NCBI GenBank assembly: GCA_016748015.1
Contig: JAAOMT010000009.1
Location: forward strand, 2,216,200-2,280,199
Reading direction: 5' to 3'
DNA: 64,000 nt
DNA from: Geosiphon pyriformis uo1
Lineage: Eukaryota > Fungi > Glomeromycota
Part shown: piece by piece, positions 36,700 to 49,599 of the stretch
Layout of the letters: every line of letters starts with the position of its first letter
How positions within the stretch are numbered: position 1 is the stretch's first letter
The notes under the pieces: generated by a model
Databases searched by the model: none
What the model saw: only the letters and a program-made list of their open reading frames with translations
Told to the model about the DNA's origin: nothing
Position numbers and translations under genes: made by a program

Positions 36700-37813
36700 T
36701 ATGATAAATTGTCAAAACTCTCAAATGTATAAGATAATTTACTCTTCACATATTGAGATTTCTTTTAATTTCATTTCTGCAAACTTTCTTTCAATCCAGT
36801 GTTACCAGAAAATAATTGGTCGACCAGCATAAAAAGATGAGACTTTGAAAGATAGATCATATTGAAAATTTTTCTAGATTTGTAATCGACCATGGTTCAC
36901 ATGGTCAAATAAGCCTATTTCTATCAGAATTAGTAAAGTTTCAACTACTAATTAAAAAATCGTCAAGATGCTTTATCATCTCCCACTTTAGGTATTCACA
37001 TTTTTTCATCTGACATGAATCTCTTTTAATTAAAGATCGATCTAACGTTATCAGACGTTCATTAAATTTCCTCTGGTGTTTGCTAAATCTAAATACACAC
37101 GAGTCCTTTTGTGTCAGCATGAATACCCATATCGGAAATCGACCATCTTAATCGACAAATAGCTTTCTTATAAAATTATTATAGCGTAAATCTCAACAGA
37201 GGAATTTCACCTAAATCAAAAGTGTTAATCTTTTGAGGTGATTCATATATAATTTTGCAACTTCAGGGTGATGATCGACATAGAGTCTTTAGAATTTAAT
37301 AATTGCATCTCAAGGTAATACAATACCTATTATGCCCAAGACTTTTAGCCAAATCATTCGTAAATGCATGTACCCAATAAACACATTAGGATGTGCTTCA
37401 AAACAGTTTCCTGAACCAATAATTGCTTTTTGATGAATCAATCCTTTAAACATTTTATTCTGCTCCATAATTGAGATTCATTCATTGGAGAAAAAGGGTG
37501 ATGACAGCTTTTTTGCCATATTAAAAATCGTTGCGCTTACTCTGAAGATCAAAATATTTCCTTTTTGCAATTTGACCATATACGATTTTGGATGCTTCGA
37601 GAGATTAAATACAGATTATCATGAAAAATACTAGAAATTCAAATGAGGGGTGCGAAGTTAGATGATGAAAATCGAGAAGGGAATGATTAAAAATTTAAAA
37701 AATACCTTTGCATACAAAATCAGGATAATCAAAATGAATGAACAAAATGATAATCTTATTACGAAATCAAAAATGGTTTTTTTTGTCACTAAATTATGTT
37801 TCGTGATTCCCAT
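36700..37813 (-). pseudogene. Possible decayed type II membrane / glycosyltransferase-like gene
   Basis: MGITKH...FVIRLSFCSFILIILILYAK followed by a GT donor, then broken coding-like pieces (GRFPIWVFML, IPKVGDD, YAGRPIISG) with many stops. Confidence 0.3.
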
Positions 37814-38493
37814 TAATCATTCTCTTTGATGAAATTAAATTTACTTTTTACCTCTCATCATAATCTCATAATCTAGTTCATGTTCAAAAGCCATAAATTT
37901 TAAAAAAAAATTGTTCTTGTGATTATTATTATTATTATTATTATTATTATTTTTAAAAAGAATGTGGAACCAAAGATAACAATCTATAAAATATTGGTTA
38001 GACCAAGGTTTTTTTTATTTTTCATTCTAATATTTGATTTCCACTACTTTAAAAGAGTATGGAAAAGTAAATAGATTGAAAATTATAAAATTTATCAATC
38101 TATTCATGATCTTTTTGTTTTCAAATGTATAAAATATGAGGAATCAAGCAACAGAATGAATCATGCTACAAATAAACTTTTTAAATTTCAATTGAAAAAG
38201 AAAAAAAAAGAAAAGATATCAATGAAAAATACGAATATAGACTATTGATTACGAAAGTTGTTCATAAAGTATAGATCTGCAACTCTATTTTAGGCTTGAT
38301 CTATGTTATGTCATATTTCTCTTCTTGAAAGTTTTAATTTTCTTGCATGTTAATTTTGAATTAAAAAATTTTTAAGTGATTTTTCACAATTTTCTTTGAT
38401 TTTCGTGAAAAAAATTACAAACACTTATTGACAGAATTCCTGAAATCTGAATCAAAATACATTTACATTATGTGTGTATATCAATGCAACCAA

Positions 38494-38592
38494 ATCTGAT
38501 AATTTATCAATTAAACTTATGTCTAACAAGTCTGACATCACATTATATTTGCAGAAATCTGATATCACATTGTATTTGCAGAAATCTGATAA
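38494..38592 (+). promoter_or_regulatory. Cluster of ATCTGATAW GATA boxes (SreA/Fep1-type iron-repression elements)
   Basis: ATCTGATAA 38494-38502, ATCTGATAT 38557-38565 and ATCTGATAA 38584-38592, 220-320 bp upstream of the NRAMP ATG. The last two sit in a 27-bp tandem duplication. Confidence 0.65.
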
Positions 38593-38810
38593 TTCTTGTA
38601 TCACTGTCAAAAAGGCCATGTGCCATTAAATTGTATGTTTCTAAATAAAGTCCAGTAACCGGAATATTTCGCAACTCGTGGGAAGAATCAGGTAATGTAA
38701 TGGTCATGACGAAATTTAAAATTTTCTCCCAATTTATATTTATAGACGATAAAAGCATGTTAAATTCAGCTATCTTTATTTACTGAACAAATAATTCTTA
38801 ATACACCACC

Positions 38811-40883
38811 ATGATTCAATTACAGAAAAATAACCCCACTCAGCCATTAATCATTAAAAGAGACAGTACAGAAGATGTCCCTGAAGATTTAAGAGACTCT
38901 CTCAAGTTTATTGACTTCGGTGACAAGCTTATTGAGGCCGAAGTGGACACTGGTGAAGTGAAGGACGGTTTCTGTTGGAAAAAACTATGGAAATATACGG
39001 GACCTGGTATTTTTAATAAACTCGGCGAATGTTTTCTAAAAAGAAATCGTTCGATAACAAGAGAGAATTTTCCTTCGCCATCTAAATAAATTTTTATATT
39101 TATTTTTTAAAGGATTTCTAATGAGTATAGCCTACCTCGACCCTGGTAACCTTGAGGCCGATCTCCAAACTGGTGCAGTAGCTGGATACTCTCTGGTATA
39201 ATTTCGTCCTTCATCCCTTGAACCAATCCTTTACATTTATTAAAATATCCACTAACCACTTTTTGTAATTCAACTCTTGGTTTTTATCAGTTGTGGCTTC
39301 TGCTATATGCCCATGTCGCTGGTCTTTTGATTCAGTGTTTGTCGGCCCGAGCAGGAGTTGTGACAGGTCAGCATCTTGCACAATTAATACGGAGTCATTA
39401 TCCTCGTCCAATTTCCCTCGTTCTTTATCTCATCACCGAGCTTGCCATAATAAGCTCCGATATACAAGAAATTATCGGAACGGCAATCAGTTTGAAAATT
39501 CTCTTTGGGATGCCGCTCTGGATTGGAACATTATTAACAGCAATGGACACTTTTACTTTCATGTTTCTCCAAAGCTACGGAGTAAGAAAGCTTGAGGCTT
39601 TCTTTATGGCTTTGATTGCAACCATGGCTGGTTGTTTTTGGATTGAGATGTTCATGAGTAAACCGGATCTCGTAGAAATCGCAAGAGGAATCATTGTTCC
39701 AACAATTCCAAGTAGTGCAGTGGTCCAGGCTGTTGCCTTAATTGGCGCTGGCATGTATCTGAATTTTCCCTATCTCAAATTTTTTCTGTTTGTCAAACCA
39801 TATTAAAAACTCCTCTAACTTGAGTTTCTTCCGGTTTAGTTATTATGCCACATAATCTTTACCTTCATTCAGCTTTAGGTTGATGATTATTTCGTGATCA
39901 TTTTTCAAATTTTTACCCCCTTCTAAACCATCATCTATTTATTATATATTTCAAGTCATGACTCGAAAAACCGACCCCGCTTCCGAAGCAAAGCTCAAGG
40001 AAGCTAATTTTTATTTCACCATTGAAAGTGCCTTCGCATTGTCATGCTCATATCTGATCAATTTGGCCATTGTCGTGGTGTTTGCTTCGGTATTTTTCAT
40101 TCCGGGTGAAGAGGGAAAAAGGATTCCAGGACTTTTTGATGCCGCAGACGTCTTGTACCAAACTTTAGGAAATGGAGCTAAATACCTTTGGGCTCTGGGT
40201 TTGCTGGCAGCCGGTCAAAGTTCCACAATGACGGGAACAATGGCTGGTCAGTATGTCATGGAAGGTTTTTTCGGAAAAATTTTTCAGAAGGCATGGCATC
40301 GTGTGGCTATTACACGTAGTATTGCTTTAGTACCCTCTATGTTGGTTGCTGTGTTCGCGGTCAGTATTCGAGTTGTCTTTTTCCAGAAAGGCAGTCTTTG
40401 ATTCATTTTGTATACATTTGCCTTCCTTTTTCTCACATTGCAAATCCGCCATAATTTTTTTTTGTAATAAAGGTTAACCACTTTGATACCATGGGGGAAC
40501 TATTAAATGTTCTTCAGAGCCTTTGTCTTCCAACTGCTCTCCTCCCGATCCTTAAACTAACCAGCTCTCACGTGGTAATGGGGACTGCTTTCCGTAACAA
40601 ATCTTTCTGGAAATTTGTTACCTGGATTTTTGCTGCCATAATTATGGGCTTCAATATGTTTCTCTTGGGTGTTTATCTCGAACAACTGGAAAATAAATCC
40701 TTTGGATACCTTTTTGGAATTGTTTATTTTGCTCTAATTGCTTACATTGCCATACTGCCGGTGGGTCCGCGAAAAGGGGTAACCAAAGATGCCGACCTGG
40801 AAGGGTACAAAACTATCATTAATCGATCGCAGCTTTCAAATATTGGCGATGAGGTGGAGGAAGATGTCAACTATCAATTGTAA
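38811..40883 (+). CDS. NRAMP/SLC11 divalent metal (Fe/Mn) transporter
   Basis: [47 protein letters not shown] and [23 protein letters not shown]. Confidence 0.96.
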
Positions 40884-41404
40884 TAGAAAACACAAACTAT
40901 CAACATAGAAATTGTCTTTAGTACATCCATTGAATTAATCCCATATTTTTCATTTATTTCTTAATTCATTTTTTCTGGAACTCTTTCTATCATATCCAAC
41001 TTCTGCATTCTTGTTCAAGTTCCCGTTCCCGTTACGGTAACTATCGTGATTTTAAAGATGCTCAATTTCTTTTTACTTTTTCATCTTTTTGTTAAATAAT
41101 CTTAATTCTTTTAAATGGTTTACTATGTAAATATATTTATTTTTCTAAAAATTCTCATAATTCGAGTTAAATAATTTTATAAATCTGAATTATATAAATA
41201 ATAGTCACCGAGCTCATTACAATGTTTATCATTATATCCTCGATCTGAAATTGGAAATATGACACCACTTGGTTGTCACTATATATATCATGGTTTCTAA
41301 TTAATCTGCAGAGTATGCAATTCTTTCTTGAATGTAACTATCGCTCATACTTTTACAGTTCAAAAGCCATTAATAAGATCAAAGACAATTAAAAAAACTG
41401 CTTC

Positions 41405-42398
41405 ATGGACGCTGAAGAAGACAACTTTGAGGATTTTGACAAGGGTAAAGGGGCCGATTTACTTCAAAACACAAATGATTCAAGTGATGACGACGGAAGG
41501 GGGGAAATAAACGAAACTGCTACAGTACCTACCGTCACCTCTATATTACCGATTTCACGACGAGAGGAAGATTTAGTACGAAAGGACCGATCCTTGGCAG
41601 AGTTCCTTTTGTTGGTTGAGGACTTTGAACCAATTGCAAGTAAAAAGTTCATTTCCAATCACTGCACATTTTGATCCTTGACATCCAGCCGATCTTGCTA
41701 GTTATAGGATTAGATAAAAATAATTCAGTCTTTTGGATTAATGCCTTGCAGATTAAAGTAATTTTCTGGATCGATGGTTTGCAGACTATAGGGGAGGCTA
41801 AAATCATACTATAGAGTCGCCAAGGCGTTAATCCAAACATTTGAATTATGTGGTTTTTGAGAGCTGGAGTTTACTATAAGATTTGGCTGAAAATATTGGT
41901 TAAAGCAGTGCTAATTTAGTCTACTTTCAGATTCCTGACGCCGTAGCCGAATACTATTTATCTAGATCCGGTTTTGCTTGTGAGGATGTTCGGGTGTCTG
42001 TACACTTTTACTTTTAATCAAAAGCTTCCCGCAGCTGAAATTGAATTGGATTTTTATTAACTAACAAATTTCATTTCTTTTTACTTATATATCTAGTAAG
42101 CGTCTAATGGCTTTGGCAGCTCAAAAATTTATCTCAGATATTGCCACGGATGCCTTTCAATATTGTAAGATCCGAGCTCAAAGTAAAAAAGCTGGTGTTG
42201 GAAAGGTATGTATGTTGCTATAACTGATGATGCCTAATAGAAGATGAATTTCTGACATCCCTTTCAAAATTTGATTGTTTTTATTTTATCACCTACCACA
42301 ACCAGCGCAATCGCACTATTCTCACGTTGGAGGACTTGTCATCCGCACTTTCCGAATACGGGATTAATATTAAGAAACCAGACTATTATCGAGCCTAA
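41405..42398 (+). CDS. TAF10: TFIID/SAGA subunit TAF10, 4 exons
   Basis: LAEFLLLVEDFEPI/IPDAVAEYYLSRSGF..EDVRV/KRLMALAAQKFISDIATDAFQYCK...LTLEDLSSALSEYGINIKKPDYY. Confidence 0.94.
41671..41842 (+). ncRNA. Box H/ACA snoRNA-like RNA in TAF10 intron 1
   Basis: Hairpin 41671-41713 with an internal pocket, H box ATAAAA 41714-41719, 16-bp stem 41733-41748/41821-41836, and ACA at 41837-41839. Confidence 0.68.
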
Positions 42399-43407
42399 AT
42401 CGATATTATAGAAGGTGCCAAAAATCGAAAGCAATCAAGATACGATTCCTATCAGGCCTGGATATCACAATGAAGTCGCAAACTTATATGTATTTTTAAG
42501 CCAGTAAGTGTAAGATCATCGTCCATCAAACATTTAATTCTGTTACCTAGTTTACCAGAACCTTTTAGAATTCCGGAAACTTGAAAAAGCCCTATTATTC
42601 TTTATGTTGCTTGACATGTTTACCTTTTTTAACACACCTCTGAGAGATAACTGAAGGTGCGCTGCTTAGTTCCCTGACCCATCATTTCGAGCGTGAGATG
42701 AAGAAACTTGATTCATTTTCTAAATTAAATTAATTCGATTCTACTAACTTCCTCGATTTTTATCAAGTTTGTACCTTTCTCCGCATAACCAGATCTCATC
42801 CATTTCAATGGGATTCAAATTGTCGTTTCTTCCAGTCTCGGCTCTAGATATTGGTGTTGCATTTTAATTATCATCAGTCTCCAAATCGAAAGAATAATTT
42901 CTCGTAAAGAAATATTTATGCAATCGGATGTCAAGAACCATTATCTAGTATCTAGACATGTAAAGCCCGGGTTCTCTACATATTTTATCGTTAGATTTGA
43001 GTAAAAAGTTGAATTCCACTGGAGGTTTCAAGATCCTATCAGAAATTCGAACGGTGGGATCTTCAAATATTTATCTCTGGATCATAATGACCTCAAGTTT
43101 GAACATTTCAACTGATAGGGTCTTAGAATGTGGACCTACTCTTAAAAGAGAGTTATGGTTCGTCCATAAATAGCTTTGGCTGCAGCCTATACAACTTATG
43201 AGGTTGCTCTATTCATCATACCTAATTCGTAATTTCTGACGACAGAATATACTTAAGTCACTGACATATTCTTTATACCAGATAAAAATCAGTTAATGAT
43301 ACAAAGTTATATCACTACGTATAATTCTTTGCGATTTCAAGTTGTACCTGTAAATCAATTACTCAAAATAATGACTATCAAAAGATATCATATACAAATG
43401 AGAATCT

Positions 43408-43604
43408 AATATCGATTCGGTAACGAGCTTTGACTCACCCTCCCAAGACTTTTGTCATACTAATATTATATGTAGGTGAGATTTCTTAAACCCATTCATT
43501 CAATATAATAGGAATATTACTCTTATATATAATATTAATGCGGTAAAGCCTATTAAAAAAATCTTATGAAAGGATAGGTCAAAGCTCATTACCGAATCGA
43601 TATT
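43408..43604. mobile_element. MITE-like inverted repeat (~195 bp)
   Basis: AATATCGATTCGGTAACGAGCTTTGAC ... GTCAAAGCTCATTACCGAATCGATATT (27 bp, 1 mismatch). The outer TA could be a TSD. Confidence 0.65.
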
Positions 43605-43719
43605 TTGTCTGGTTTCCACTGAAAATTAGAAACACGTGATATTTAATTGGTTCGGAGAATTAAATTATTGTGCTAACGAAGTCAGTGAGAACCCTATCTA
43701 AATATTAAGTGTAAATCAT

Positions 43720-44128
43720 TCATGGATTATTCGGCCCCATACCGGTACTACCACTTGATCTTGCCCCCATACCACCTTGTTGTTGTTGTTGTTGTTGTTG
43801 TGTTTGTTGTTGATTCCAGACGACTTGCTGAGTACCTCCTGCGACGACTTGTGCTTGTTGATGTTGTAAAGCGCCAAGAGCTGCTTGTGATTGATGGTGA
43901 TGATGTTGTAAAGCGCCAGCAACAGTTTGAACTTGTTGCTGTGGATTTTGCGGTATTTGGTTCTGGGCAGCGCGCAATTGTTGCAACTGTTGATTATAAA
44001 ATGCATGTGCTGGTGTCATTACAGGTGAAATCATTGGTTGAAATTGTTGAGATACTTGAGCGCGTTGTGTGACTGCGGCTCTTTGCTGTTGCTGTTGTTG
44101 TTGCTGTTGTTGTTGCTGTTGCTGTTGT

Positions 44129-44198
<70 letters not shown>

Positions 44199-47100
44199 GC
44201 TGTTGTTGCAGCATATAGGCTTGTATCGGATTCACCATAGGTCCCGTTTGTGGTCGGCCCGTACCTTGTGGTATAGGAAGCGCCATCGGGACACTTTGAG
44301 GATGCAATTGGGGTCTCACAATTATTGGTTGTGGTGCTGGTTGCTGCTAATAAGAAAATATTTTAAAATCCCTTCGTAAGAATTAAAAGTTTATGAATAA
44401 AGATTGTCCTCAGATTATTTCCTACTAACCCGTTGATGATGCCCCTGCAACGCTAACGCTGCTGCTTGACGTGCTTCCAAATAATTCTGCTGAACTTGTC
44501 GTTCTTGCTCGCCTTTTATTATACTCAGTTCTACAGGAGTGGGAATCCGCTGCTGGATTGGTACAGGCTGATCTTGTACTTTCTTAGGTTGCACTTTATA
44601 ATAGAATAAAAGTTAACAGAGTCGCCAATTAGCAGGGCCATATAAGGAAAAATACTAACGCCGCTTTTGTGCCTCATCTGTTCGTTTCTTTGACGCTTTT
44701 TTTATTGCTTCATTTATACTAGTATGTCGTTTATTATTCTTCACAGGATCGAATTTTAGGGACTTTTTATATTGATCCTTTTTCACCTTAATCGTTGACA
44801 GCGTTGAAGGGGTCCCACTCCCATTAATGTTTGTGCCATCGTTGATCTCTGATCGACGGAAAAATCCATTGTCTTCATCATCTGACGTCCATGAGCTTCC
44901 TTGACCTTGAATATTGTATTGGCTCATATCTTCTTTTTGCGTCCATCGCTGGTAGCAATCCCACGCATTACGTGAATAACCATTTATTAATGCTCGTGCA
45001 GAATTTATTGCATCAGCAATTAGCCCCCAGTTATATTGGAACTGATTCACATAAGTTGTCAATAAGTCATCATCCTCGGCTGACCATGTTTGGTTGGGAG
45101 CTATGGTCATTTGCTGCGGTGGAATGATTGTAGTAAGACGACGTTTTCGTTTATCTGAGGAGGAAACTGTTACGTATTTCAAATTTTTATATTAGTTGTA
45201 ATTAAAATTAAACGGAAATTTTTCCAAGTTCCAACTTACATAAGCTGTATGTAATCTGCTCATCGGATGTAAAACTCTCGTCACCTTCAATTTTGATTTT
45301 TTGCCGCTTTGTGGTTTCGTAACCATTATTTTTGCGAGATCTCTCTAGGTAAGTAATTCGGATAGTTGGAATTAGTTTCAAGGTTTTTCAAGTGAAATCT
45401 TGGGACCTGTATTTGAGGTATACATAATACTTACTATTAGAACTTTTTATACGACGTAAAACTACTTTTGATACAGGAACTATTCGAGAGTATTGAGTCT
45501 CATCAACGTAAAAGTCCTTATCACTAGGAGTTGTTAATCCTCCATATATAGGGCAATCGGATAGGCGAAGCCCCTGTATTTCTTCTATACAATAATTAAT
45601 CTGATTGGTGGGAATAGATAGGAAACAGCGTTTCATTTTTTGCGTTTTAACAGTAGGGGAGTTTTTCATTAGATCATCGTCTTTGCTGTTTAGAGCTACT
45701 AAAGATCGCGTCGAAGTCTCATCATCAACAGATTCAATATCAATCATTATCTCGTCACTCGATGTATGTTCATTCTGGTTTCGAACGTCTTCTAAAAGCA
45801 ACTCTCTGGAGTTGAGATTTTCGTCATCATTTGGTTCAGATTTAATAGGCACTAACTCCATACCATTATCAACTATAAAAATTTGATAAAATCAGGCGAA
45901 AAAAATTGAAAATTAAAAAAGCAATTTGAAAATTCAATAATTTTACCATCGAATGAGCTATCTTGATCAATATCCATCAGCCCCGGTTGTGGATCAATAA
46001 AATTTGGTGGCCGCACCTGAATTAAAAGAACCAAAATTGAAATCCAGAGATTAATTAATCATTGAAAGGATAGAATCTTATCTGAATATAAATATCTACT
46101 GACCTTCACACAAATAATCGTTTTATCTGCTGCTTTATGCCATTCCAGAACCCATTGGGCCATCAGATAGTGAGCTGCAATCTTCCATCTTCGCTCTTCT
46201 TTAAAATCGGTTTGTAACCATCTCTGTGATCCCAAAAATTTGTGGAGATCTCAATTTTTTTTGTCCCACCGGGATAAAGCATCAATAAACATACCGCTTC
46301 TGCGATTAAATAGTCCCAATGAGTCATTTTTCTTAATGGGGTTTTATGTTGCTCAATTTGTTTAAAACTCCAAAGATTTGCTGCCTTCAACTGATCAATT
46401 TTTTCAGTTACTCGGACATTTTTTACTTCATCTCTTGCGACCTAGCTTAGACATTATCTGTTATTTAATTCAATATGTTATACGATGCAAATTTCAAAAA
46501 TATTAAATCGCATATTACCTTCCATTCATCAGTAGTTAAGGCTTTGGATGGTAGTTGTAAAGCTTTATATACTGGCTGGCTTTCGAAATTAGAAATCATC
46601 GTGACTCGGTCGTAGCCCCTAGTACGACTATGGTCTGATCCTCGTAAGAGGTTGTGTAAAGTGTCCTTATTATCTCCCCCTTGCGAATGAGGAGTGGATA
46701 AACTCTGTGAAGATAGTTTTTTGTTTGAAACGTTCAATCGAATTGGTGTTTTATTCGTTTGGGAAGTAGATGAAGACGTTGAAGAATTAGATGATGATGA
46801 AAATCCAAGAGAGTTACGCTGCTCACAGAGAAATTTAAACGTTGCATGAAATTTTTAGTAAAAAACAGAAAAAACAAAATAGTATACAAAAAATGATTGC
46901 CTACATCCTTCAGGATTTCTTCGACACTTTTTGGAAGTATAGCCCCACTCGCAGCTCGTGTTACCATTCTTTCAGTTCGAGGGACTACTCTTTTATGCTT
47001 TTTAGTTTGAGAATTTTGTTCGGTTGAGATTGGGGAGGTTATTACAGTAGGTGTGCCTTGATGTTTTGATTCAGAAGACTTTGAGGTCGTGGTAATAGTA

Positions 47101-48141
47101 AGAGTTTTGGGACTTGTGGTATTTGAGATGGATTTAATCACCGAAGTTTCAGTAATATTGCCTTTGAAGGTTGAGTTTTGGGGATTAGGGATTTTAACAG
47201 AAATAGTGGCTTTTTTATCAATTATATCAACAGGATGAGTTGCGGTAACCGTGGGGAGTATTTGGATGGGTGGGTGACTGTTGGAAATACTGGATGGACA
47301 GATTTTACAAATATCGGTGTATATCGATATCCCATAGGTGTCGGGAGCAAAAAAACATTATTGGATCATTATATCAATTAACCAGTAACTGCGTGCTCAA
47401 TCTCAACCCAATCAAGTAAACTTTTCGAAAAAGAAAAATGGCTAACCTAGCAGAGGAATTTTCCAATTTGTATGCTTGCAAAAATTCTTGCAACTTTTTC
47501 TGGTTAATTGTCTCCCAGTCTTGAGAATTTTCGGTAAATGTTTTATTATCGGATTTATTTAATATATTCACGTAGAAAAGCTCCTTCACCAATGACTCGT
47601 GTCTAGCGACAATTCCGCTATACATTTAATTATTGAAACCAAAATTTATCAGTAAGTGAACAAAACTGTTGGGATAGCCTCGTGAAAAGCAAACCAATAC
47701 ACACTTTAATTGGTTTCTTCTGAGCTCTTCCGCCTTGTTTCTAAGTTCCTGAATGTTGGGCTGTTACGAACAATAAAAATTGATATATATAAAATTAATG
47801 AGGTAAAAAATTTGAGAGGTATTTACTAGGGAATTCAAATCTACCCGGACAACCCGAATATTTTATTGTTGATAATCGATGTCACGTGATACCTTGCAGC
47901 TTATGCTAATGTAGACGTTCTACCAACTTCTAGCTACCTTCCCCCTCCACCCACCCACCCACACATTGAAAACTGTGTTCGAGGAAAAAAACTAACAGCT
48001 TTCAATTGAATGCAAAAATAATTACACTTTTCAGATGTTTCTCCGACCATCAAATAAAAAGGGATCACTAACCGTTACAGAACCATCACCAATGTCAATT
48101 GTAGCCTTCCCCTGTGATGAATCTGTAGCCTTTGTGGCCAT
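43720..48141 (-). CDS. EAF1: NuA4 scaffold Eaf1/Vid21 (HSA + SANT/Myb + polyQ tail); start codon tentative
   Basis: HSA: LWSFKQ...THWDYLIAEA/RWLQTDFKEERRWK. SANT: WSAEDDDLL..YVNQFQYNWGLIAD..RNAWDCYQRW. Q-rich C-terminus. Confidence 0.88.
44083..44208 (-). repeat. CAA/CAG repeat encoding 42 consecutive Gln
   Basis: 126 nt of TTG/CTG triplets on the + strand. Confidence 0.95.
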
Positions 48142-49599
48142 AGCATGAAAATATAGGAGATTAGAATGTAATTTAGGGCTCGCGCCCCCTTACTCATTAT
48201 AAGAATTATTTTAGGGTTTCTTCAGTTCGCTGTAAGTGTTTGTTTTGATTTCCTGTGTCAAAGGCGAAAATGATGACGTGGCTTACTGGATATGTTCCGA
48301 ATGGAATAGACAATTTGGGTATTATGTTTGAAGGTTGTTGATGGAGATATTTGTGGTGATGGTTATTAGTTTTGGGGTATCGACAATGTGATACCATTTG
48401 CACAGTGCATTTGTAGGGCGAGGAAGATAAGTTTTGTGTGTCGCGGCTTGACATTTTGGCTGGTAGTGTGGTGTCTTAGGGTAAAATCTGACAACTATTA
48501 ATTTTCTTTTGATTCTACCCAATAAAAATGGGTCAAAATAAATCAGTTCATTTTATTATTAATGTTATTCATAAAGAGATTTAATTCTAATTGTGAGTAA
48601 TTTTTTCTTTTTTTATTATTATAACACTTTAAAATTAACTAATTTTTGTCAATTTATTCATTATTTCTGATAATAATAAAGTTTAAAAACAAATAATTAG
48701 TATGTTTTTAAGAAGAAAATAAAGAGAAAAAATTTAATAATTATGAATAAAAAATTTAAGCTAACAGCTTTATAAAAATAATATAATTTCAAACTTAATT
48801 CTAAATTAGTTGGTATTAATATTTAAAAAAAATAAACTTATATATTTATACAATTATTTTTATATAAAAATAAAAATATAAAGCTAATTTATATTAAATT
48901 TATTATAAAATTCAAAAATTATAACACTAATAAAAATATTTTAAAAAATTGTTTTTTATGTTTTTAAAATAAATAAAACTTAAATACTTAACAAATTTTA
49001 TTATTATATATTTATTTATTTTAAAAATTTCAATATAAAAAAATTATTATTTTGGTAAATTACAAAATTAATTAAATTAAATTTAACAATATTAAAATTA
49101 TAATTATTATTGCTATTATTTTTATTATTTTTATTTTTATTTTTATTATTATTATTTTTTTCTTATTATTATTATTATTATTATTTTATATTTATTATTA
49201 TTATTTTTTTTTTTTATTATTATTTTTATATATATATAGTTAGATCTTTATAAAAAAACTCTTAATAAAAGAATAATCTCTTACAATAAACATTTTTTTA
49301 TAGAATTAATTAATTAATTAACAATTTTTTTTTATATTAAAACAATTTATAAAGGAACAAAAACATAATTTTATCAAATATTTATTCGAAATTTACTTTT
49401 ATATAAGAATAAATATTATATATTAAATATTAATAATTGGAAAAAAAGTTAGAATGTATTGAATTAATTTTATCTTAACTTTTTTTTAAATTAATTTATA
49501 TTAAATTTACTTTTTTTAATCTTATCTGTTTTTATGTACAGCTACTTAATTTCTATTGTATTTTAATTTAAATTTATTAAAATCAAATCTAATATTATT

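Noticed and set aside
42480-43300. Coding-like minus-strand stretch with splice-like signals between TAF10 and the MITE
   Set aside because: Stops in all frames and no identifiable homology. It may be UTR or an old pseudogene.
43722-44379. Poly-Leu/poly-Val ORFs on the + strand
   Set aside because: These are antisense shadows of the EAF1 polyQ.
48206-48522. Two short minus-strand ORFs upstream of EAF1
   Set aside because: No motifs; likely promoter or UTR sequence.
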